Source of the DNA: Nostoc punctiforme PCC 73102
GTDB lineage: Bacteria; Cyanobacteriota; Cyanobacteriia; Cyanobacteriales; Nostocaceae
Reading direction: 5' to 3'
Length of the DNA: 32,000 nt
Assembly: GCF_000020025.1 (NCBI RefSeq)
Contig: NC_010628.1
Location: 5,010,001-5,042,000, forward strand
Part shown: positions 8,015-15,840 of the stretch, piece by piece
Layout of the letters: each line of letters opens with the position of its first letter
Numbering within the stretch: the first letter of the stretch is position 1
Made by a program: the position numbers and the translations under genes
Notes under the pieces: model-generated
Seen by the model: the letters and a program-made list of their open reading frames with translations, nothing else
The model's database searches: none
What the model was told of the DNA's origin: nothing

Positions 8015-9293
8015 GTACTGTCACCGGATGGCTAACAATGCCTCCGTAGAGCAATCCAAAATCATTCCACGGAACCGTATTAGGTTGTGTGTTACCTAAA
8101 TTGTCAGTAGCACGAGCTTGGAGAAAATATTCGCCAGGAACTGGGTTCCATTCAATGTCCCATCGTGTCCATGCAAATGGAAAGTTTGGTTCTCTCAGTC
8201 GTGCAAGCTGCCAAGTTTTACCGCCATCTAGACTGACTTCTACACGGGCAATTTTTCCTTTCCCAGACCAAGAACGTCCACGTAGTAAATGGGTTCGAGC
8301 CGAAAGCGTAGCGGGCCAAGCCAACTCGAAAGCGCTTTTAACATTTTGATAGGTAATCAGCTTACCTTTATATGGTGCGATCGCAGGGTAATCTGCACCA
8401 ACCAGTACCATCTGCTCCGTTACCCACTGGGTATATATCGGTGTTTCAGAAACCTCAATCCGCTCAATCCATTTAACGTTGGCGTTTCCTCCCCAACCAG
8501 GGAATAAGACACGGCATGGCTGGCCATGATCTGGAGGTAATGGTTCTCCATTCATTGCATAGACGACGAGCGAGTTATCTGCTAATGCTTTGCTAATTGG
8601 AACTACACTGCTGAATTTAGATTTATTTGTCCCTTTTGAGTCCAACGAATCCACATCTGCACCCTCAACAAGTACATCTTTTGCTGTAGATTTCAATCCA
8701 GCCCGCTCTAATAATATGCTCAGTGGTACACCAGTCCACTCAGCCACACCAATGGCCCCAAGCCTCCATCGGGTTCCAGAGAGTGGTGTGTTGTAAGCCT
8801 CTTCAAAGAAACGCCGACCATTAGCAGCACACTCAATGGCACATGTTACTGAGATGGAAGGCATAGTGATGATTTCATCGTAAGTGAACTCGCAAGGGAC
8901 AGAAACGCCAGTTCCATGAATTTGCAAACGCCATATAGATGGGTCAAAGGGAGGAGGTGTACTGCGGTTGTGAACATAAAACCAATCGTTTGGTACTAAA
9001 TAACCACGCTCATACATCGCTTCCCAGTTCATCTCTAACGTGCCTTTGCTATGGGAGATATACCCTGGTGGTAATGGTTTAAGTATTTTACTGCCCTTAG
9101 TTTTAACAGCTGCCTGACTGTGAGCAGGCGCAGGTTTAGCTAAACCCCCGATGGCTGTTGCGCCAACCATCGTGGCTAGTATTTTCAGAAAGCGCTGGCG
9201 CGAAATACCTGCATCTGTGCTTTTTTGCCAGATGCACTCATCAACCCGTGCCTGTAGATAATCCTCTTGGTCAAAGAGGTTCTCATCGCTCAA
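8007..9293 (-). CDS. Sulfite oxidase family molybdopterin oxidoreductase (SorA-like), Tat-exported
   Basis: Tat-like signal SRQRFLKILATMVGATAIGGLAKPAPAHS. Mo-ligand cysteine context AIECAANGRRFF. C-terminal Ig-like Mo-co dimerisation domain (ARVEVSLDGGKTWQLARL). The ORF is open up to 9482, but that extension is translated repeat DNA. TTG at 9293 is preceded by AAGGGGG, 6 nt upstream, and is the likely start. Confidence 0.85.
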   Translation of the reverse strand: MSDENLFDQEDYLQARVDECIWQKSTDAGISRQRFLKILATMVGATAIGGLAKPAPAHSQAAVKTKGSKILKPLPPGYISHSKGTLEMNWEAMYERGYLVPNDWFYVHNRSTPPPFDPSIWRLQIHGTGVSVPCEFTYDEIITMPSISVTCAIECAANGRRFFEEAYNTPLSGTRWRLGAIGVAEWTGVPLSILLERAGLKSTAKDVLVEGADVDSLDSKGTNKSKFSSVVPISKALADNSLVVYAMNGEPLPPDHGQPCRVLFPGWGGNANVKWIERIEVSETPIYTQWVTEQMVLVGADYPAIAPYKGKLITYQNVKSAFELAWPATLSARTHLLRGRSWSGKGKIARVEVSLDGGKTWQLARLREPNFPFAWTRWDIEWNPVPGEYFLQARATDNLGNTQPNTVPWNDFGLLYGGIVSHPVTVRG

Positions 9294-9306
9294 GCTATAC
9301 CCCCTT

Positions 9307-9334
9307 GTAATTCGTAATGCGTAATTCGTAATTA
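9307..9334. repeat. Tandem heptamer array (GTAATTC-type)
   Basis: gtaattc|gtaatgc|gtaattc|gtaatta. Confidence 0.8.
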
Positions 9335-9340
9335 AGGCAC

Positions 9341-9458
9341 AGAGATGAAGGAGCAGAAGGGCAGGGGAAGCAGGGGGAGATAAGGAAGACAAGGAGGAAT
9401 TATTGAATAAGTCTCTCTCTTGTCTCCCCCCTCTTCCTTGTCTCCCTTGTCTCTTCTT
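9341..9458 (+). repeat. G-tract hairpin element, copy b (G-rich half, AT loop, C-rich half)
   Basis: agagatgaaggagcagaagggcaggggaagcagggggagataaggaagacaaggagg - aattattgaataagt - ctctctcttgtctcccccctcttccttgtctccc... 9375-9389 can pair with 9432-9446 (15 bp, one G:U). Confidence 0.75.
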
Positions 9459-9486
9459 CATGCCCCATACCCCATGCCCCATGCGC
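9459..9486. repeat. Tandem heptamer array (CATGCCC-type)
   Basis: catgccc|cataccc|catgccc|catgcgc. Confidence 0.8.
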
Positions 9487-9494
9487 TGAAGAGA

Positions 9495-10949
9495 CTAGCT
9501 GTTTATCGCTGTCCAAACACCAGTGATTTCATCTTCTGTGTAGTTGGGCGAATAGTGAGCAAATCCGTTTTTAGCAATTTGTGCGATCGCATCAATAAAG
9601 CGATCGCAGTCTTCTAATGTATTATATACTGCAAAGCTAGCGCGGATAATACTAGGGATGTTGCGTGTAATTCCCCTGTCTACTTCCTGAGCAATCTCGT
9701 AGTCTCGCTCATCCGAAATATTCTTTAGTTTGCGAATGTATTCATAAGTGCAGAAAGCCCCAGCCCTAACTCCAATGCCGTATTCTTGTGCCAGAATTTC
9801 TGCTACTAAGCGTCCATCAAACCCATCAATATCAAAGGGAATAACATGGGCTAAATTATCTCCTGGGATATGTAGTTTAACTCCAGGAATCAGCCTAAGC
9901 CGTGTATATGTGAATTCAACTAGAGAGTGTTCATACTTAGCAATGCGATCGCGCCCTACTGCTTCGATAATTTCAATTGCCTTGGCAATGGCGATCGCAC
10001 CCATTGCGTTTGGTGTTCCAGGGTCATGGGCCCGTTCTGTGTAAAAACGCTTGATCTCTAAATTTCTGGTGATATAAGGCAGGTTCCCACCACCAATTTG
10101 ATAAGGGTAAGAACTATCAAAAAATTCCTTTGGACCCAGCAAAACCCCAGTTCCATAAGGTGCGTACATCTTGTGTCCAGAGAAAGCTACAAAATCTAAA
10201 TGACATGGGTCATCATCAGCACGCATATCTACTCGTTCATGCTGAATTAACTGACATACATCGGCAAAAATCTTAGCACCATACCGATGTGCTAAAGCTG
10301 CGATTTCATAAATTGGGGGTCTATAACCTGTAATTGTTGAAGCACCTGTAATAGTTACTAACTTAATTTGCTCGGCTTCAGGAAGATTTTGGTGTGCTTT
10401 GAAGATATCTTCAATTTCTGCGACACTTACACTTCCATCCGGTTGGGTTCTGTATTGCACAACTTCGTCTCTAGTAACCCAAGGGAGCAGGTTTGATGAA
10501 TGCTCAATATCAGAAACTAAGATTTTCCCAGGTTTTTTTGCCCAAAGTGTGGCAGCTCCATTAATTGCTTCTGTTGTATTCTTCGCAAAGATTACATAGT
10601 TGTCTGAAGATGATCCCACAAAGTCTCGAATCACGTTCCGGCTAGCGTCATATTCTCGTGTAGTGATGATGGACTTTTGCCCAGAACCTCTATGCACGCT
10701 GCCGTATGTGTCAAGCATCTCGTCTACATGCTGCTTGAGGGTTGTAAAGGGAGTGGTTGTAGCTCCATTATCCAAGTTGACGTAATTTACATAGTTTCCC
10801 TTCAGAGTCTTCACCCTAAAAGATAGAGACTCATCTGTGAATAACGGTCTAATTTCTTTGTCCCAAAAACTGTCAAAATTTTCTGCAACTATCGGGAATT
10901 GGACAGTTTCTTGTTTTATATTTACACCCATTGCAAGTATGTCGGTCAT
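9495..10949 (-). CDS. Class V aminotransferase-fold PLP enzyme, cysteine desulfurase / cysteine sulfinate desulfinase-like (SufS/CsdA family)
   Basis: Family blocks present: YVNLDNGATTTPF, SDIEHSSNLLPW, FADVCQLIQHERVDM, FSGHKMYAPYGTGVL (PLP lysine), HDPGTPNAMGAIA, GVRAGAFCTYEY (active-site Cys loop). The ORF opens at GTG 10958. ATG 10949 follows GAGG with 8-nt spacing. Confidence 0.85.
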   Translation of the reverse strand: MTDILAMGVNIKQETVQFPIVAENFDSFWDKEIRPLFTDESLSFRVKTLKGNYVNYVNLDNGATTTPFTTLKQHVDEMLDTYGSVHRGSGQKSIITTREYDASRNVIRDFVGSSSDNYVIFAKNTTEAINGAATLWAKKPGKILVSDIEHSSNLLPWVTRDEVVQYRTQPDGSVSVAEIEDIFKAHQNLPEAEQIKLVTITGASTITGYRPPIYEIAALAHRYGAKIFADVCQLIQHERVDMRADDDPCHLDFVAFSGHKMYAPYGTGVLLGPKEFFDSSYPYQIGGGNLPYITRNLEIKRFYTERAHDPGTPNAMGAIAIAKAIEIIEAVGRDRIAKYEHSLVEFTYTRLRLIPGVKLHIPGDNLAHVIPFDIDGFDGRLVAEILAQEYGIGVRAGAFCTYEYIRKLKNISDERDYEIAQEVDRGITRNIPSIIRASFAVYNTLEDCDRFIDAIAQIAKNGFAHYSPNYTEDEITGVWTAINS

Positions 10950-11682
10950 CTTTAGCACCTCTGTTTTAAACTTGGAATTTTTGGAATAACCTAACTAACA
11001 CACCGCTTTCTCTAACTCAATCTCACATCCATCGGTAGTAATTATGGTCTTTATAACTACTTTATTACTAATAAAAAACTCGGTTATTCCAATTATTCTT
11101 TAATAAATCAATTAAAAAGTGTATCCGTGTTAGTACGTAAATAAAATAATTTTACCGTCAATCAAATTACAATGTAAAAAATATTCGTAAGCAGTTAAGT
11201 ATACTTTAAACAATTTTCTTGTGGTCATTAAACAAACTTGATATATTGAAGGTAAGTTGATAGAAAAAGCCTCTTCTAGCTAAAACTGAGATTGCTTGCT
11301 GGGACTATATTTAACGAGAAAAAAGCCTGTACTAAGTTGAGATTATTCTTTAAAAAAGTTTTATTAATTTGCTTATTGTAATTGTTACTGCTTCAATATT
11401 ATTTTCTACGTATTTGTTCGTAATTGTCAGCTTTTCTTAATATTTTACTCTTAGCAGAAGCTCTTAGTTGTTTGCTGATATCGCTCAAAATAACAGAATT
11501 ATCATCGAATAGTAGATACTTGTACTGACATCTATCCTAAGTAATAAATGAGCTAGCATGAAAATGTATTAAAGAAGACATTTTAAATGTAAATCTTAAG
11601 ATAGATGCGATTCTAGAAAATAAAGTATAAGCTAAGGCAGTTTTTTCATGTAAAAAACTTCCTTGGGACAGAGGCACCACTG

Positions 11683-11729
11683 CTTTAATCTCCCCTGCTC
11701 CCTGCCTCGTTCCCCCCTGCCTCTTCTTG
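11683..11729 (-). repeat. G-tract element, copy c (short, G-rich on minus strand)
   Basis: Minus-strand reading: caagaagaggcaggggggaacgaggcagggagcaggggagattaaag. It shares the gcagggagcaggggagat motif with the other copies. Confidence 0.6.
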
Positions 11730-11920
11730 ACGGGGACGAGCATCATAATGTTATAACGGCATCAGTCTAGATCCAAAATAGGGAACATCAATTGATGATT
11801 AATTGCTGGTGCCTAGAGAGAGTTAAACTTAGCTTCTAGAGCAAACCCTGATTAGACAAGGTTGATAAGCAATGCTAATGCCAGCACTGCTGATATTTTT
11901 AGGCAGGTGGGTCAAGAGTG

Positions 11921-13471
11921 ATGAATGAAGCTGACACCTCAAATAAGGGGGCTGTGATGGAATCCCTAAATTCTGCTAATTCGCCACAATCGGAGCAGGC
12001 GAGTTGTCCCTTTTACTCAGTTGTGCCTAATGACAATATGGCAGTTAAACAACTGCCACTCCTCATGCCGGCTGAAGATAGACAATTTTCAAAAGATACC
12101 ACCCAGCAGGACTGGGTTGCAGAGCCGGAAATCGGCAAGCAAGCACTTATTGATTCAGAATTTCAGAACCTGCTGGCATTGAACGAAGAATTGCGTGCAG
12201 CTAACAATAACTTGTATGAACAAGTAGAGCAGCTAAAAGACAACCTAGCTGAGTCTGAAAAGGTTTTGCAGTGGCAGAAAACGCGCTCTAGCGTTACTGA
12301 GTCGATGCTCAACCAACATACTCAGGAATTAGCTGCGGCTCAAGAACAGATAAAATCTTTATTTCAACAATTAGAAATTGCTGTACAAACTATTCAACGT
12401 CAGGAAATTTTCACTGATAGTTATAAAGCACAGCTACAAATTAGCCAGCAACGCCTTGCCCAGCTAGAGCGAGAATGTACGTTGTTACACACTAATAACA
12501 ACGAACAGTCTGAGCAGTTATTGCAGTCAGAAACTGTTTGTCGGGAGTTACGTACTAGGCTGATGCGACAACAACGTCAGACGCTGCAATTTAAAGCAGC
12601 TCTGGAAAAATGTTTAGATACATCGGTTCCTAGCTATGACTCTTTAGAAGATACTGCACAACACCCCAAAGACATAACTAGCGGACAAGGAAGATTTTCT
12701 AGAAAAGCTCGGTCTTTGTTTCCTAATGCCCAGCCAATTAAACCTTGGTCAGCAGAATCAGAATCATTGACTGAAAATGAAGATGATTCTTGGGGTGAAC
12801 CGTCAGCACCAATCCCATTCCAAAGAACTGAGCCGACTCCACCGCCATCATCTTCTTGGAACTGGTCAGTTAAAAAAAATACCCCAAAAGCAGCAGAACC
12901 TCCTGCTCCCTTTCCAAAAATTGACGATTCCCCAGATACACCTGAAGCTGTTTCAACTTCGGGCTCATCCAATTTAGATCAGCAATTAGATAGTCTCATC
13001 CAAATGTTTTTCACTTCCCAGCCTCCATCTACATCACCACCGCCTACTGCAAAAACAGATGTGGATGCTAATAATGCCCCTGTCTGGGAGACTTTGGCAA
13101 CAATTATAGAAGACGATGAAAAAGTAGAAAATCAACGGGAGAAGGAGTTGGAGGCAGAAATTAATCCCCCTGTAACTACCTCTACTTCTTGGACGACAGA
13201 TTCTGTACTTTCACCAGCCAATAACTTACTGCTGTCTTCTACCTCCTTCCACACTGAGCCGCCTATTGGAGAAGCTGAAGATTACTGGTCAGAAGTTTCT
13301 CAATTGTCACAGTTGGAATTGTCAGAAAATGATTTTTCCTCAGAGTCATTAGGTGATAACACCAATGACGGTAATTCACCTTCACCTGTGGTTTATCCCC
13401 AACGTCCACCCAAGGGGCGTAAGTCGTTGGCATCTGTGGAACTACCGAATTTTCGCCCCAAGAGTCAATAG
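11921..13471 (+). CDS. Hypothetical coiled-coil protein with Pro/Ser/Thr/Glu-rich disordered C-terminal half
   Basis: 516-aa ORF (GTG 11918 / ATG 11921). Residues ~75-230 are heptad-like and Q/E/L-rich (LLALNEELRAANNNLYEQVEQLKDNLAESEKVLQ...). The C-terminal half is low-complexity (PPPSSSW, PPSTSPPPT). No enzymatic motif is visible. Confidence 0.7.
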   Translation: MNEADTSNKGAVMESLNSANSPQSEQASCPFYSVVPNDNMAVKQLPLLMPAEDRQFSKDTTQQDWVAEPEIGKQALIDSEFQNLLALNEELRAANNNLYEQVEQLKDNLAESEKVLQWQKTRSSVTESMLNQHTQELAAAQEQIKSLFQQLEIAVQTIQRQEIFTDSYKAQLQISQQRLAQLERECTLLHTNNNEQSEQLLQSETVCRELRTRLMRQQRQTLQFKAALEKCLDTSVPSYDSLEDTAQHPKDITSGQGRFSRKARSLFPNAQPIKPWSAESESLTENEDDSWGEPSAPIPFQRTEPTPPPSSSWNWSVKKNTPKAAEPPAPFPKIDDSPDTPEAVSTSGSSNLDQQLDSLIQMFFTSQPPSTSPPPTAKTDVDANNAPVWETLATIIEDDEKVENQREKELEAEINPPVTTSTSWTTDSVLSPANNLLLSSTSFHTEPPIGEAEDYWSEVSQLSQLELSENDFSSESLGDNTNDGNSPSPVVYPQRPPKGRKSLASVELPNFRPKSQ

Positions 13472-13534
13472 TCATTTGTCAATAGTCATTTGTCATTTGT
13501 CTAAATACTAAGACCAATGACCAATGACTAATAC
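13464..13534. repeat. Two heptamer arrays in opposite orientation (GTCATTT x6, then GACCAAT x3)
   Basis: gtcaata|gtcattt|gtcaata|gtcattt|gtcattt|gtctaaa ... gaccaat|gaccaat|gactaat. The first array contains the TAG stop (13469-13471) of the coiled-coil gene. Confidence 0.8.
13484..13529 (+). terminator. Hairpin formed by the inverted heptamer arrays (candidate terminator)
   Basis: agtcatttgtcatttgtc (13484-13501) pairs with gaccaatgaccaatgact (13512-13529) at 16 of 18 positions, with a 10-nt loop. It starts 13 nt after the stop codon. Confidence 0.4.
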
Positions 13535-13624
13535 AACTCTTAGAGAGGCTGCGCCCTAGGCGTAGCTATGCCGCAGGCTTTACGACTACGCGGTAGTTGG
13601 GCGCAGTCGAAACTCACTACAAGT
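13535..13624. repeat. 90-bp dispersed-repeat insert separating heptamer arrays
   Basis: acaactcttagagaggctgcgccctaggcgtagctatgccgcaggctttacgactacgcggtagttgggcgcagtcgaaactcactacaagt. It shares its core with 1598-1614 and ends in ...tacaagt like the 3921-3942 insert. Confidence 0.6.
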
Positions 13625-13673
13625 GACCAATTACCAATAACCAATAACCAATAACCAATGACCAATGACTAAT
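13625..13673. repeat. Tandem heptamer array (NACCAAT x7)
   Basis: gaccaat|taccaat|aaccaat|aaccaat|aaccaat|gaccaat|gactaat. The last unit contains the stop codon (13669-13671) of the minus-strand oxidoreductase gene. Confidence 0.85.
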
Positions 13674-15840
13674 TGAGAATCCTTGCTTCTGACTTCGGGA
13701 TTACGGCTTCTGGGTTTGTCTTTGCTACTTGAGAGCGCGATCGCGGTTTGCCTGTGGCGATCGCATAATTAATCGCCAATAGCCACAGCCACAAGCCAGG
13801 ATTTCGGGGTTCTAACCAAAAACCTACCCGGTTTAAGAAGCGCCCAAACCAGGGGCTTAGCAAAGCGCTAACGAGAGCATGACGACCGAAATTGAAATAA
13901 CTACCAAGCCATCGCATTAAATCTCTAGGCCCAGCTAGTTCCCAAATCCATAAAAGTAAGGCAGGATTTTTCCTAGCGGCTTTGAGTGCTAGGCGATTAA
14001 AGGTTAACCAATCACACCTATCTTTGATAAAGTTATCTGCTACTTCTTGGGGTTCATCTGCTAACAATCCAAAGAAGGTGTTGAGCATAGAGTTAATGCG
14101 CTGGGGTGGTAAGAATTTCCCAGTGGGTACCATCATGCCTTTGGAAAATAGCCAAGTCACGGAAACATTGCTTTGATAAGCTCGAATTTGGTTCAAGTGG
14201 CGGAAACTCAACAAGTCATGTTTGAGAGCAGTATCCAACAGTGTTGTTAAGCGCTCTAAGTTGCGAACTAGCGAACCAAAACCGGTGAAGACGAGGGGAG
14301 ATTGAAGTGATGCCGCATCACCGATCGCAATCAATCGATCGAAGGCAACTGTGCGATCGCTACTTCCTACACTAAAATGCCCTGGTATATACCCAAATGT
14401 CGGCTTCTTCCACACCAATTTGTCCATATCGCACCTGCGATACTCTGGCAAAATCGTGAAAAAGTCCTCGTACATCTCTAGCAAAGAACCAGGATTTTCA
14501 GCATTGACTTCATGGTAATGAAATAAATAAATCGTCAATTCATCATCTGCTGCGGGAAACAGTTCCCAAATTAACTGCCTTCCCCGCGAAATATCCCCAT
14601 GACTATAAAGAACGTCCCCGTATTGCGAATCCCATACTCCCGGCTCAAATCCGCTCTCAATTGCCGCACCTACTGTTGGGCATACGCTATCAAAGGCACG
14701 ACCACCATTTAACTGCCAAGCGATGGGTGAGGCAGTTCCCATTGCATCTATTAGCAGTCTTCCACTTACTTGTTTTTCAACCTGACTAGGTAAGTGCTTG
14801 ACTTGCAACAGAACTTGTGATATATCAATATCTGCACGCATAAATTCTGTTTCATCCCAGATTTCGCCGCCTGCCGCTTGCAGCTTTTGCCCACACATTT
14901 GGAGCCATTTTTCGGAATCTAAGCCTAAATTTAGGACTGTGGGTGTGTGCAGAACGGGCGATCGCAGTTTGGATGGATTGTTCGCATCAAAAAACTTATT
15001 GAATCCATCTTTGTATTCCCTAGCAATGATGGTTTCTAACTCAGCGGGGGTGACTAAACCCAGGTTAACCAAGCTTTGAATCTCATCGCGAGAAATATTC
15101 CATTCTCGGTTCATCCGGCCAAAGGGCATTCGTTCCACCAGCAGGACTTTATATCCTAGTTTTGCCATCAATGCTGCATGAATCGCGCCTAGTGCGCCGC
15201 CGATATAAATCAGGTCGTAAGTAGGGGATGAGGAGGATGATGAAGATATTATTTTTCCATCTCTCCCTGCTCCCCTGCTCCCCTGCTCCCCTGCTCCCCT
15301 GCTCCCCTGTCCCCTGTCCCCTCGACTGGAAAACACAACTTGACGCGGCTGCTGCGGATTTCGTACTCCTTCGCGCCACCGTTGTTCCCACCAGTAGGCA
15401 CGTGTTAGATCGTATTCACCGTTGGGCATTTTCTGAAAATACTTGACGGTGAGGGGGTAAGCAGAGGCTAAAGCGGCAAAAATCGATTGTTGGGATAAAT
15501 CAATCGGTGGTGGTTCCGGGTAATGATGCGGAAAACGGCTTCTAATTTCTTTGGTTAGGCGTTGCAGAATTTGTCCCTCACAGGGAAAGGGTTGTTCTGC
15601 CCAACGAAACACTTTCAGATAGGTAGTTCGTTGCACTGACCAAACAAATACCGAAAGTTCTACAGGCAAGTTTTCGGAAAGAGCCGCCCCAGCAGGTGTC
15701 TTAGCACTGGGTATTTTGAGGCGAAAGCCTTCCAAAGTAAGCACTTTTTCTCCATTTCCAGGTTCAAAATCTGTTTGTAGCCAGCTACGCACAGTTTCTA
15801 TATCTGGAGTTGGAACTTCTAAATAAAGGATTTCTCTCAT
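13669..15840 (-). CDS. FAD-dependent oxidoreductase, CruA/CruP-like (putative lycopene cyclase family) with repeat-derived in-frame insert
   Basis: 723-aa ORF with the Rossmann dinucleotide-binding motif YDLIYIGGALGAIHAALMAKLGYKVLLVE. Size and architecture (N-terminal extra domain, flavoprotein core, hydrophobic C-terminus) resemble cyanobacterial CruA-type proteins. That family assignment is from memory, not from a search. Confidence 0.75.
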   Translation of the reverse strand: MREILYLEVPTPDIETVRSWLQTDFEPGNGEKVLTLEGFRLKIPSAKTPAGAALSENLPVELSVFVWSVQRTTYLKVFRWAEQPFPCEGQILQRLTKEIRSRFPHHYPEPPPIDLSQQSIFAALASAYPLTVKYFQKMPNGEYDLTRAYWWEQRWREGVRNPQQPRQVVFSSRGDRGQGSRGAGEQGSRGAGRDGKIISSSSSSSPTYDLIYIGGALGAIHAALMAKLGYKVLLVERMPFGRMNREWNISRDEIQSLVNLGLVTPAELETIIAREYKDGFNKFFDANNPSKLRSPVLHTPTVLNLGLDSEKWLQMCGQKLQAAGGEIWDETEFMRADIDISQVLLQVKHLPSQVEKQVSGRLLIDAMGTASPIAWQLNGGRAFDSVCPTVGAAIESGFEPGVWDSQYGDVLYSHGDISRGRQLIWELFPAADDELTIYLFHYHEVNAENPGSLLEMYEDFFTILPEYRRCDMDKLVWKKPTFGYIPGHFSVGSSDRTVAFDRLIAIGDAASLQSPLVFTGFGSLVRNLERLTTLLDTALKHDLLSFRHLNQIRAYQSNVSVTWLFSKGMMVPTGKFLPPQRINSMLNTFFGLLADEPQEVADNFIKDRCDWLTFNRLALKAARKNPALLLWIWELAGPRDLMRWLGSYFNFGRHALVSALLSPWFGRFLNRVGFWLEPRNPGLWLWLLAINYAIATGKPRSRSQVAKTNPEAVIPKSEARILN
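15224..15322 (-). repeat. G-tract hairpin element, copy d, inside the CDS and in frame
   Basis: Sense strand: ggggaca x2, ggggagca x4, gggagagatggaaaaataatatcttcatcatcctcctcatcccc. It is translated as RGDRGQGSRGAGEQGSRGAGRDGKIISSSSSSSP, immediately before the FAD-binding fold. Confidence 0.8.

Noticed and set aside
9294-9482. N-terminal extension of the sulfite-oxidase-like ORF, plus ORFs 7726..8049(+), 7911..8099(+), 9420..9617(+) and 11537..11746(-)
   Set aside because: Their sequences are low-complexity translations of G-tract and heptamer repeats (P/S/L- or G/R/Q-rich). They have no RBS and overlap better-supported genes or repeats.
15149-15391. 80-aa minus-strand ORF in an alternative frame across the G-tract array
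   Set aside because: It lies entirely inside the 723-aa oxidoreductase CDS and is generated by the repeat keeping more than one frame open. There is no independent support for it.
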